64,000 nucleotides of DNA from Trichoplax adhaerens (lineage: Eukaryota; Animalia; Placozoa). Position numbers and translations under genes: made by a program. Shown in pieces: positions 1-19,256 of this stretch. Location: contig NW_002060943.1 in NCBI RefSeq assembly GCF_000150275.1, forward strand, positions 7,184,299 through 7,248,298. Reading direction: 5' to 3'. The notes below the pieces were generated by a model that saw nothing but the letters and a program-made list of their open reading frames with translations, searched no databases and was not told the DNA's origin. The first letter of the stretch is position 1. Every line of letters begins with the position of its first letter.

Positions 1-205
1 GATCAATGCAATCTTTGCAATCATTCTTACGATTTCAGCTGTTTCTTAAAATACAAGAACAAGTAAATTTTAATTATAAGCGTTTAAAAGAATAGCAGCA
101 GAAATGTGGTAACTGTGAGGCTTTTTCCACTGGTAGCAAGATCTTCAAGATGTGTACGATTAATAATACATAATAGTACATTGCCGGAAACGTAACTTCA
201 ATCAG

Positions 206-1141
206 ATGCTCATTGCCAACATAGAGAAGTCTTTAACAGTAGCCTTAAACTCGCCGGTACTTTTAATCAACAATTAAAAGATCTTAATACCGTTGCATAT
301 CAAAAACTTAAACAAGAGGTTACAACTGCTATAATACTAATCACAATTCATCGTCTACTACCAAAAGTAGCTTTCAACGCGTAGTAGTTACTGATTTCAT
401 AACAGGTAGCATCGTTACGGATTTCTATATAGTTTTTAAAGAAAATTCTAAAATAAATCCCAGTGAACTGGCTAATGTCATTTCTACAAACAATTTGATT
501 ATTCAAGGACAATCCATACAAAATGTGACAATTACCGATTTCAATGAGTGTGCTAGAGCAACCGATAATACCTGTAATAGCAATCAAAATTGTATTAATT
601 TATACGGCACATATACTTGCCAATGTAAGATAGGTTTTACTGGTTCTGGTTGTGTTGATATTAATGAGCGTACGACTATTGAACCGTGTGCAAATAAGAC
701 TGTATGTTCGAATACTGAAGGATCTTATACTTGTACATGTCGAACAGGATACCAAGGCGATTCATATTCTACTTCAGGTTGCAGTGTTTCCTGTAGTACT
801 AATTACTGTCTTAATGGTGGAACCTGCACATACGAAAACAGTGGGCACATATATATTTGCGACAAGGCTTACACTGGAACAATATGTGAAACTCGTTGGA
901 AACCGGACTTTCGGAATGGGAAATTGCTAGTCTTGCTATAGGATCAATTTTTGGAGCCATTATAATGGTTATAATGATTATAGCTATCTACCGAATAGGA
1001 AATCAACTAAAATTGACTAAATTAGAGTATAATATAACATATCCACCATTGAAGGAAGAGCATGCTTGTATCGAGTTAGAGAAATCAAATGTTGCTAGTT
1101 CTCCTCAAGAATACGACGATAAATTTAATTTCTATTTTTAA
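206..1141 (+). pseudogene. Degenerate SEA-domain + 3 EGF (two Ca-binding type) + transmembrane mucin-like receptor
   Basis: Frame 1 (226-339) reads EVFNSSLKLAGTFNQQLKDLNTVAYQKLKQEVTTAI (SEA N-half). Frame 3 continues FQRVVVTDFITGSIVTDFYIVF, with the GSIV motif at 405-416, then DFNEC/DINE EGF repeats. The TM segment (IASLAIGSIFGAIIMVIMIIAIYR) lies in another frame from about 896. There are two frameshifts with no usable intron, and EGF cysteines are lost (CGT 669-671, TAT 852-854). Confidence 0.7.
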
Positions 1142-2139
1142 TTAGCGTTATGTAGCTTTTTTATCTTTTACAGTATAGATCTCGTTTGAATTATCTTAAC
1201 AAGTCTTTTACTAACTTTGTAGTTTGGTTATTTAGTTAACGTTCATGGTTATCCATCGTTAAATATTGCTATTGATCGGTCGGAATTCCATAAGATATTA
1301 CGATTATTTGACGATGTTTTTTAATAAATTAATAATTAACTTTAGTCTCAATAATCCACTACAGCATATTAATATTTGGTTAAATTGGTTAAATTTGTTC
1401 CTATAGCATAGCCATACCGTACAGTATGTTTTCACAGGGACAATTCAGATCGAATAACGCAAATGTGGGGTACGAATAATTAAAAGTGGAATAATTTAGC
1501 CTAGAGGAGAGAGAAAATTGTTGTTGATCACGTACAACTTTGTTAATTTGTAAATTAATTAAGACCTATGAACATAACTATAATGGGCACACCGCATCGT
1601 TTCGACAAAAACGATACAATCAATACTCGTATCTTGAATTTAGAATAATTTGTACCTGTTTAGCATTTAAAATTTTTCCTCCTCATAATCCGATCGCCTT
1701 GGGTAATGTGTAATACTATACTTTGTGATGTACGTTTTGAAATTAAACTATGCATTTCGTATTTTTTAAATAGGCTTTTTAGTCGTTTAATTTCATTTAG
1801 GGATATGATTCTCTTGGCAGTAGAATTATTATTCTAGGTTCCGCTACAGGATAATAATAAATACTAATGTTAATGGTTTATTGTTATCATTAGCGCACTT
1901 ATACAGTATAGCTTTGCTTATCTAAATGCTTATACGAGTATTATTATACTCATGAATAGTATTTCGTTCCTAGTAGGTAATAGTATAAAGTGGCTAATGT
2001 TTTAAGTTTCTTACGTATGCAGTCTTTTTTTGATGCAAAGTGGAATTTCTTGTGTAGCAACAGTTATTTTGCCTTTCAAGGCTGAGGATTCGCCATTTAC
2101 TATGCCATATATTTTACCGTTGTGCTATATTATCACGAT

Positions 2140-2610
2140 ATTTAACGCATAATACGAGTAGCTGACTTGTTTTCCCAGGTTCTAAGGAGTATAAAGATTC
2201 GCTATTTATGAAATACTCGTGTGCTTATGGATACTTTGTTTTGAACTGTTTATCGTTCATTACCTTGCTGTTGTACTATAGCGAGATTTAACGCATAACC
2301 GTCATTTTGCTTTACAAGGATTTTAGGAGGGTGAAAATTTACTATTTACCAGGTATATATCAGTAAGGGATACTTTGCTCCTCATTACTTTACTGTTGTA
2401 TTATAGCGAAATAGTTTAACACATAACAGTCATTTTGCTTTTCAAAATTTTTAGGAGAGTGAAAGTTCACTATTTGTTATATTTTTGCATGGGTAATCGA
2501 TGCTTCGTTTATCATTACTTTACTGTTATACAATATTATAGCAAAATTGAATGTAGAACAGTCATTTTGGTTTGCAAGGCTTTTAGGAGGATGAAGATTT
2601 ACTATTTCGT
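2140..2610. repeat. Degenerate tandem repeat, ~130 bp period, 3-4 copies
   Basis: The motif GTCATTTTG..CAA....TTTTAGGAG.GTGAA..TT.ACTATTT recurs at 2301, 2429 and 2561, with a weaker copy near 2165. Confidence 0.7.
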
Positions 2611-3988
2611 TTTATTCATTATAATAGCATAGAGTTCGGCATTGTATTGTTCCTAGGGCTATCGTACCGTACTAAATCTTATGGAGACTATTACAGTTAT
2701 TCTTCAATATACTGTAGGATTGGATTAGATAATTTTTAAATTGTGCAAACGTCAGTATCTATTCCAGTGCTTGATTTGCATAATTTTACTATAGTAATAG
2801 GATAGTTTTTGCGACCATTTCCAGTCTAATTTATAGCAGTCTCTTATAGCTTTTCGCGACACAGTACAATGGCAATATTATCATTAACTCTTTCGCTATT
2901 GATTGCACTGATGTATGGACGAGCTAGAGTATAGAATAATTGATTTAACTGATGAATAGATCTCGATCACAAAAAACTGAGTGATATAAATTAAATTTAA
3001 TTTAATTAGTAGAAGTATAGAAGCTGTTGCAATTCAAGGACTTGCAAGAGAAAATACTGTATTCTTCTTTAATTTTTGTCTTAATTGACTGGCAATAACT
3101 GTTGTTCGAGCTGCAACCATGATTATTTTCAGTGTAGGAGCAATGCCATAAATTTCATTCATTTCGTTATGACAAAATGTCGATTTTAGTAACAGTCAGT
3201 AAATTATATTATAGAATTATTATCTTTTTCCAACGCATGCTATACGTGTAATATACAAGTCATAAGCATAAGGGATTAAGGGATACTCAGTAAAAAAAAA
3301 AATACAATGCTAGTTCTATACGAAGATCGTATCAATTGACTGAGAATTTACTGTATGTCTGTCAAGGCTATCAAAAGTAATTTTTAATTTATTTCTATAC
3401 GTACGAGTGGTGTTATGAGTTTACGCGTATACCGATCACAATACAGTGCTGTAGAATTAATTCATACTATTATTACAATCCCTAGTCCTATGCATTTGAT
3501 ATACTTCAAGCCAAGTAGCAGTGATAGCATATTATTACTCGTACATAATATAAAGTAAAAAGTGCAAATATAGTACGCCAAGTATCACGAGTGAGGATAC
3601 GACTAGTGTCAAGAAATCAATTGGTAAGATGGAATCTATAATCCTTCAGAAGTTGCCCACGCTCCGCAGCTGCTACTACATAATGCACGTAGAGCACACA
3701 AAGTTTAGTATGATGACCATGCAGAGTAGTTTAGGTTTGTGGTCACTGCTTATGATTACTCCGTCATTGGATGAACCTCAAGATTACTCAAGATTGAAGA
3801 TATGGTAAGAATTTTTATTTATTTCGACTTTACACTTTGCTTAGCAAAAAAACGTTTTGGAATTGAATTTATTTTCGATAGCCTATTTCAGGATACTACA
3901 ACGCCCCAAGCCTGATGGAAAAGCCTAGAAGCTCCGTGTTCAAGTCTGCTATCGCTGCGCTCCTTGTAGAAATAGTACAGTATCCGTA

Positions 3989-4020
3989 GACCCAGGACCG
4001 GACCGGACCAGACCAGACCA
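3989..4020. repeat. (GACCR)n pentamer microsatellite
   Basis: gacccaggaccggaccggaccagaccagacca. Confidence 0.8.
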
Positions 4021-5215
4021 GGAAGATCTTGAACTGGCCTGGTCATTGGTCAATCAATGGTCATGTGGACTGCGAGTAATGAACATTGAACAGTCGAGTA
4101 GAGTAGAGAGATGCACCAGGTGTAATGTAGTAGTCCATGACTCAGTGTACAGACAGACACAGTACAGGACAGAGTCGGCTCGTTTACAGTAATAAAGAAC
4201 ATCCTATTCAAGGATCGGTTCGAAACCATCCATCATTTACACTACACTATACTGAAGTGCATTGCTGCACTACTGTATTATGACCTTGACTAAATTTCCT
4301 CTTACCAGTCTTTGACTGTTCTGTATGGTACTAGCGTCACTTTATCGCGTCGTGCCGATTGCGCAATCTTACATTGTTAACCACCTGTCAATCACCCTTG
4401 TAGATCGAGTTCCTGCCAGGTGGCGGCTTTTGACACAGGGTCTTGGAGATACTCGCTACCTGATCCTACAGTGTGCCGTTTTCGTCTATCAGACTAGTCA
4501 AATCGGTGTTGTACACTATGCGTACACGATGTTGTATAGGAGAGAATGGAGTAGCATAGCCATGATGGATTGCGCAATAACCATGCATTCATCAATATTG
4601 ATTGTTATTCTAGTGATTCTATATTAGCATACGACAAGAATTAATTACTTTAATGATAATGGTAGTGGAATAGAGAAGATTGCGCAATCTTGTCATCAAA
4701 ATATGTTGCATCGCTTTGGCTGCTTGAAGTGGATAGAGAGCAACACTTCAACAACGGATATGAATTTTGGTTGCCCATCCTACTGTATACTGTACAGAAT
4801 AGTAAAGTGAACTACTGTATTGTAGGCTGTAGGGCCGATTGCATCGATACCTGTCGAAAAGTACCGTACTGTACTCTCCATCAACAACATACCTATAAAT
4901 AAAAACAGTCAAGGATACTATCTCTACGAGTACTATCCATTACCCTATAAAAAGAATGAGACTATCAGTACAACAAGATCTTAATTGATTCCATTGATTT
5001 GGAGGGGAGGAAGAGAGAGAGAGCGTGGAAATCAATATACAAACAGCCGCTTGCTGACTACCCCCGTGAGTACAACAGATTGGCTGTTTACTTTAATAGC
5101 AAGCTATTGTCCAAGAGGATACCATAGTGGTGCGAGAGTATGGTCTCAAACATGCATTCAATAAAGTTATTTCTGTATAGCGAAGGAGGATAGATCCCGT
5201 CGCGAAGGAGACCGA

Positions 5216-5326
5216 TGACGTCAATTGAAGGTGTGACCCGCCCTTTTGTTCTGCTCCAATCAAGGGCTTGCCTCCCTCGATATCGTGCCTATATAACTGG
5301 ATAGAAGACTGACTGAGACTCACTTT
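5216..5326 (+). promoter_or_regulatory. Candidate Pol II core promoter of GFAT: CRE, GC box, CCAAT, TATA, Inr
   Basis: TGACGTCA 5216-5223, CCCGCCC 5237-5243, CCAAT 5256-5260, TATATAA 5290-5296, and Inr-like TCACTTT 5320-5326 (the A is 32 nt after the TATA start). An ATG-free stretch follows, with GTAAGT donors at 5411 and 5540. Confidence 0.6.
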
Positions 5327-8022
5327 TGGTACCACTTGGCTGAGGTGTCGGTTGAATTGAATCCACCTGCGATTGTCATACTCAATCTATACTTGACACT
5401 CTAGTGTGTCGTAAGTTCATCCTGTCATATTTTACAACGTCACTTGTCCATTTGCAAGTCCGTACATCCGTTCCGGTGGTATAGGTGCTGTTGCCATTTG
5501 AGACGCTTTGGGAACTGGAGACGCTCCTTCATTTGATTGGTAAGTGAAAATTATCTATTTTTTCCCCTCTGGTAGTTGGTATATTTTATCCTTGAAATTG
5601 CACTATTTTATGCATGATTGTAAGCCTATCGTATGCCCAAGATGGATGATAGTCATTTGGGGCTAAGATTGTGGTAGAATAGGTTGTATAAGGTGGAAAA
5701 TTTCAAGGTGCATGTAACTGCTTGTTTGTTCATTGATGGAGTAGATGACTAACGTCAGTTGGCTTGATCAAAGCTTGTCTTCATCTCCTGCTAATGGATA
5801 ATCATGCTCTATACCTTGTTAGTGATTGCTAATAGACTTCATGGATGAGTAAAATCGATTTTTCTTGTCTACAGTAGATTCTTCATTGATTTAGATACAC
5901 TCTCATGACAGATGGAGGAGAAGGATGAATTTCAATGATCAATGACCATTGAAAAGGGTGCAACAGTTGCCACCAACTTGATTGTTATAGTTATGCTTCT
6001 TTTTCCAGTAAAATAAATTGCCTATGCATAACCATTCATTACAAAATATCAAGTAAGAAAAAGGAACGATGATGACAATGATGACTGAAACGATGCTCAG
6101 GCTTTATGATGAGCAAATAAGCGCATCGAAACACCATATCCTACACATTAGAATAGAAGAAATCCATTCATTGAAAATGTCGATCGCTATGAAAGCATGA
6201 TGATGAGATGGAGACAAGGTGAAGACGATCATTCAACTGTCTAGTCACAAACCATCAATAGGATAAAAATACTAGGAGGGTACTGGATAGATTGACTACA
6301 TTATCGAGCTATGAACAGTGATGAAAATCTATCCAATCTTAAACATTGAATGAAATGTTGAAATCGTCCTGTGCAATCATGCGTCGATAGGAAACTGCCC
6401 AACGATTGTGTTTTTCACCTACAGTACAACGAATCAACAGGCTAAAACCCGCGCTACTCTGCTAAAACTGTGATTTTTTTTCAATTTTATTTCAGCCCAG
6501 CTTGCTTACACAACATTTGCGAAAGCCAGTAGATTGATCTATGTTACTTTCTATATTAACAATGGAGTTCGCGAAATTATCTATACTCTTATCGCTGCAG
6601 TAATAGAGACAAAAATGATAAATTAAAAACGAAGCAAATGTTACGAAAGCAAGCAGATTGATCTATTTAACCTGCTACATACTGCGTTATCATGATTTAC
6701 AGTATCCATAGGGAATGAGAGGGAAAATGAAAATGCAACAGAAGCAAAGTTATATGAAAGCAAGTAAATCCTTCTTTTCTGATCGTGACACAAGCACAGG
6801 TTATCCAATAGATTACAGCATTTTTATCGATTACCTTATCTACCGCAATGCGAGATTATACCAAAAATTGGTTGAGTGCTAAAGAAAACTTTAATAGCCT
6901 CGCTGAAGCACTTCAATTAATTCTATTACGAATGAGCACTTGGAAAGCATGAAGGATACGTACATAGCTGGATCTCTTTTAATAATTATAATCGATGAAA
7001 ATGTTCTGTCATCTTAGTCATCTAGTACAATTGCAGCGTGAAATGATGTCAATCCTCCTGCTGCCTGAGCAAAACTTACCACTTAGTTCTCAATTTGTCG
7101 ATTGTTAACAGATATGGATTTCCCTGTTCTAGCAAAGCCTTTACAGTTTAATTCCATTGTTACTTTTTCACAGCAATTCATTCCATCGCCACGCCACGTT
7201 GATGATGCATGACTTGGTGGGCACACGCCTTATTAGAATTATTTAATTGCATTAATGATGAAAGGAATTAAAAAAATACAGTACCTATTTTTAAATGCGT
7301 TCTAGGACTAGCGAGAGTATCAGACTACCCATAATTATTTCAATTATGAATGTTGACGTAGCATAGGCATTTTGAGGTGTAATCCCATCTGGAACAGATA
7401 TTATACTCCCTATTATACAAACTTTAATTAACTTAATTCAATGGCTTAGATCAATTTTACTTTCGTATATTGTATAAAATTAGAGATATACCGTACGCTA
7501 GATGTCTACATGTATATTACTGATCGTTCACACAGCAACTTTTTAACTATTAGGACGTGATACTGAAACTTTCTAAAAAAAACTTCTTGAATCATTTTGA
7601 CAGTCGTCATGCAATAATAGCATGCTTATGCATTCACTTTATATCACTTCTAAGTAACTTGATCGATTACATTAAATATACGTAAGTTGCTGGATGTTTT
7701 GAGTGACATGAAGCTTGGTTCTGAAATTCCATTTTGACCGCTAAATGTGCTAATTCATTTTTTAATTGAAGTGTTTATAATGTTATCTACAATATCTTAT
7801 TTCCTAAACAATTTTGCAACGATAAGGGTATCTACATATTTATATTTCAAGCCTTACTTAGCCAGAATAGAATAAAAACTGGTTTCAATATCAAACCAAA
7901 TATGCTTTCACCTTAAAATCATGATAACATTCAACGTCTTCATTTTTTAGGCATTTCTCTTCGGGAAAATATTTTCAAGTCGTTATTCCATTTACTTGTA
8001 TAGCAAACTGCTAAATTAAAGA

Positions 8023-13936
<5,914 letters not shown>

Positions 13937-14631
13937 AATGAAAATCTACCGAATTGAAAATTGTTCATTATCGTAATCTTCATAGTATCTTTCTTTCTGC
14001 GTATTGGTATAGCTTAAAAGTAGCGTTATGGCGGGGCCACGTTAATTACCGATTTAAGTTACATCTGTTGTTGAAATAACAGTCACACCTAAGGTGGAGT
14101 TTTTGTGAACAAAATCTAATACCAATAGGTGGATGTAAACATTATATTGTCGTATCATAATAAGTTAACTCTGTAGTGATAATGTATGATTAGATATCAC
14201 AGGACCTACAGTATGAACAACTATATCGTATATTTACTCATGATATACTTATCGTATACGCCTATATCACCATTGACTTCAATACAGTATTTAATAATAT
14301 CATCATTACTCTGAATCTCTTTATCATATATTTGATCAGTTTTCTTAGCTTCTTTATCGAACGTAATAAAATGTAATAGAGCACAAAAGCTGCTCTTCTT
14401 TAATTTGTAACGAATACATTTATTCATCTTGTATAATTATTTGTTTATTCCAAATTTTCACTTAATGAAGAGGAAATCGCCCCAAAATCAGTTCTCATCA
14501 GTCTAAAGTACTGTACTTCATAAATAAGTTTTAGGGTATATCTTTATCAAATAACTGAGTGAATTCAATACTTCTAGTATGATCATAAGCCATCATCGTA
14601 ATATTGTTTCTGAATCGGAGTGGAAATTCAA

Positions 14632-17600
14632 TCATGTCTTCGTGCTCTGTGCCAGTACGAAAGCGGTCCGACATGGTAAATATACCTATCATTAATGATT
14701 TTATCTATTAACCAAGAATCAGAAAATATTGTTACAATGATTGCTGATATTTAAATATAGACCTGTAAGGAGTTCGACCGGTTATGCCAAGGTTTTGGGG
14801 TAGTAAAATACTCCGTGTTGTAATTAATTCGATTCTGACCTCCGAATTTTTCATGATCTGTATCTAAAACAACTCGATATCTAAAATGATTACCAGTTAA
14901 GGCATCAATAGTATAATTGTACGATACATTTAATATTATGCTATGTGTGCGTCATTTTTGGTATGTCAAGATACTTTCCAGCCCTATCAGCACCAATCGT
15001 ATAATCCGGAAAACTTTTGTATGGATGAAAATTAAAACAAAACAGCAACTGTTCTCTTTCAAATACTATTACTTTATCATCTTCGTGATTACAACTCACA
15101 TAGTTCTATTAAATTGGCATTAACACATTCTTACCACATTTATGTATCAGTCTATATTGTAATACTAACATTGCTACTTACTTTATCGCTTGATAACCAT
15201 GGGTATATATCTTCTAAGCGTATCATTTCCTTATCAAATCGATAAAGATACTGATAACGAAGCAAGTCATCATCGACTAAATTATATTGCCTTCTAGCGT
15301 AACTGTAGCTCTCGTTATTTCCTACACGTGGAAAATCTAACCATTCAGGGTGACCAAACTCGTTTCCAGAAAAATTTAAATAACTCTGGCCTTCATAAAG
15401 AAACATTATTATTGAATTTTAAGATTGAGTAGAGAATTTATCTTAGCAATTAAAATTTTAAGTAAGTTTAGAAATATTTTGCACCTCCTAGGCCAAAGGT
15501 TATTAGCCTAATCATCTTGTGTAGAGCTAAACCTCGTTCTATAACTGGGGTTAATGTGGTCAGGTTTGACATATTCGTGTACATCTCCTTATCCATTAAC
15601 CAGAAAGCAATAGTCTTATCACCGACCAATGCTTGATCGTGGCTTTCTGCGTATGCAATTACTTTTTCCTTGTACCGATGATTTGTCAAAATAAACGTGA
15701 CATGGCCCATCTTCCATTCCTCATCCTTCTCTTCCTTAAGCATCTAAACATAACCACGATAACATGATAACATATTTTAGTAAATGGTATAATCATCATA
15801 AATAATATAATAGGATGTACAAGTTCACTATTTATCATTTACTTTAATCCACATATCAGGAATTGCCATGGCCAATCGGTAATCAAAGCCGATGCCACCG
15901 TATTCAATTTCACGACACATTCCTGGCATGCCTGAAACGTCCTTAATGATATTAATAACAATTAACAGTTTTTTCTCAAAAGTAATTGAATAAAGCATCC
16001 GTGAAAGCATCTTTAGGATACCGACGTAACTGAAAAAGGTTATACTAGATCACTATATGAGATTACTTAATAAAATGGATTTTGTAGATATTTTACCTCT
16101 GCAATTGTAATGACATCCGGATAGAATGTATGCAAGAAATAATTAGCCAGCATTAGGTATGCCACTGCATCAATGTCGGTATTAGGGCCAAAATATTCCT
16201 CATAGTTTCCGCTAAATCCTTGGGTACCATGATTGTGATATAACATTGATGTGACGCCATCAAATCGAAATCCGTCAAACATGTAATTATCCATGTACCA
16301 GCGTAAATTGGACAACAGAAATCGTTGTACTTCAGTGCTGTAGCGCATTATCAACAATTACTGTTAGAAGGCAGTACAAATACCTTAAATGAAACTAAAA
16401 TTCAGGGATTATAACTATTACTAATATTATTGTGATTATTACTTGCCTAGAATAATTGAATAGCCTACTATCCCAAAGGGGATGCATTCCTTGAGGTCCA
16501 GAATGGAAATAACAAGCATCTGTACCGTCAAACTGATTCAATCCATCTAACACATTTTTAGACGCGTGACTATGGACAAGATCCAGAAGGACTGTTATCC
16601 CCATTGAATGGGCTGTATCAATTAATGATTTTAATTCTTCAGGCGTACCATAACGACTGTGATAGATTATATTTATATCAATGTTAGAGTTTTAAGAAAA
16701 GATTAATTAAGCATACATGTAATAAAAAGATCCATCTGTTCTTGGTTTTGTTGGATATCAAATTAAGTTACTTTTATTGGCACTGATATCAATAAATGTC
16801 TCTATGACACTTGAAAATAGCTTCTTTGTAATGATGCTATGGTCATCATTATAGTAAAATTACTACCGCATACGAATTAGATGCTGGTTAGTGACATTTA
16901 AATGTTAATCGTACTACTGTATACAGCGGATAGTTTACCTTGATACAGCAAAGAAATTAGTTACTTGGTAACCAAAGCTTGCATAGTAAGTATGTTCCAT
17001 AACGGCCATCATTTGTATGCAATTATACCCTAAATCCGCAATTCGAGGTAGGACTTTTTCTCTAAAGTGGTTATAAGAGGCTATCTGTATAACAAAGCAC
17101 ATAGCAGGAGATTTGGATGGTAAATAGTTTATTCTTATACGCGAATCTAGTTACGTATTTTTTAAGAATATATGAAAAAGTCAGCTATGATAGAGATTCT
17201 TGAAATTAATAGGCATAAATTTATTGCAATAATGCTCTATTAAATACATGTTTCATATTGGGCAACGAAAACTAGGATCTTAAGTCGATTTGTATGATGC
17301 CTGTTAGGTGTGTGTACATGTTGGCAACTTTTATGCAATGCCCAATTAAAATAACCTGACACCTACTTTTGGCTCGGGCGAAGAGATACCGACATGACAC
17401 TCATATATTTTTAACGATAGAGGCTTTTTCGGTTTTGGATATTTGAACGTGTATGGTTGTGCTGTTTGCCAGTATATACCATCATAAGCCAAATACGTTC
17501 TAGAAGGAACGGCATACTTAATCCAGGGTGATATATGATCTACCTTGTCGCCATGAATTGAAGTAACCTCAACCTATAGCGGTAAATAACGTTACATATA

Positions 17601-19256
17601 TAAATTGGAACTATAATGGCAGTTACTATTCAGTAGCAGAATATTAAGATATTCAAATTATCGATTTTGTCCTACTGCAATTCGATTACCTTGACAAGGG
17701 AAGCATGAGGAATAACTGGTGTCCCATTCGATTTAGGCGGCAAAGTAATTTCCCATACACCAAATTCATTTTTCTTTAATTGATGTGAATTTCTGTTCCA
17801 TTGATCTGCAATAAAAGGTAGTAGATTAAGAAATATAACTTTCACTGTAACTTATGGTTTAGTTAAATCAATAATACGGCCATTTCGTAAAATAAGTGAC
17901 TTATCTAAGGTTGTCTCCTTTAAGAAATTAATTAAAATATATAAATTGAGAGAAATCTAGTAACAAAATGTTACTGAATCTCCAATATTGTAGCTATCGA
18001 TTCAATATACGTATATTCGGATTAAGATAGTAGTTCTATATATTGTTAACGTAATATGAAACGTTTGAAAATAGATTTTGGCTATGAAATGAAACTAGTA
18101 CTATTCTAGAATTAAGTGGTGAAATGCGAAAAAATACTCACTAAATTCTCCGATTAAAGCAAGGTTCGCAGCTGCTGGCGCCCATTCTCGATAGGTTATT
18201 GAGCCATCCTCTAATTGATTAAAGCCAAAATACTTGTAGCCCTGAGTAAAATTGTCAAGCCCGCCCATAAATTCGTTAATATGATGCAAGATGTTCTTCA
18301 TTCGGTCGTACCTAGAAAATTTGAAAGCTTTTATAATTGCTTAATTATCTCACAAGACCCTGTGATACTACCCATCGCCAGTATTTCATTTATTTAAGTG
18401 GAGTATTTTGATTCTGCTAATAATAACCTCAATGACGAAAGTAATATTACACAATATTTGGCTTAGGAGAGAAGTTCAAGATTGGTTAGCCAATTTTGTG
18501 TTGACTGCCAATACTAGAGTAGCCATGTTTGTATATGAATATTACGTAATGTTTTAATATGGAGAGATGATGATACAAGTTTACTAGTATTGCATGAATG
18601 AGAGAATGTATGAAGATAATTGCACTCCTGAAAGTCTTTGCTATTTCCCATGTGACTCTTATCGTAATAAAATCGCCTTTAATAGGCCTTGAAGTCAATG
18701 CACATATATCAATATGCTGTACTTCTTACTTAAGTTAGCTGCAAGGATACTGTAGCAATGTTGTGCATTACCTGTGAGCGATTACTTTACCGAGGAAGCA
18801 GGACTAGAAGATGTTGAAATCTGCAGTTACTTTGGACTTGTCAGTTTTTCCAAGCATTAACATCTTATTATTAGCGACTTTGACATCATGCAAATTGCAC
18901 CGAAGAATTCAGCGTTTGATTACAGGCATAAGGGTAAAATATTGTTTACTCTCGATAGCGTAACGTCGAAATGGAGAGCATGCTAACTGGAAGATTAGCT
19001 TTCTACAAGGGGTATTGCAGTTTCAATGGTTGCATCGTACCCTATACAGTACGCATATTACTCTATCGCGCCTTAATTACTACTATAAATTATCATTTCG
19101 TTGGATACACGGTAGCCATCTCAAATTAGCAAGTAAATAAGATGGATGTTCCCCATTAATCTAATTTTACCTTGCAACAAAATTATCACGATGTGGCTTC
19201 AAGTATGGATCTTCTTGAAAAAGATTTTCCAGTTTGGATAGCCCAGATGACGTCAT
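14632..19256 (-). CDS. GBE1: 1,4-alpha-glucan (glycogen) branching enzyme, GH13, ~13 exons
   Basis: First exon [22 protein letters not shown] (ATG 19256). Motifs: [29 protein letters not shown] (nucleophile), IAE|DVSG (acid/base), [28 protein letters not shown]. Last exon [17 protein letters not shown] (TGA 14634-14632). Confidence 0.97.

Noticed and set aside
4325-5335. ORFs of 70-100 aa upstream of GFAT
   Set aside because: They have no domains or splice structure and overlap promoter-type low-complexity sequence.
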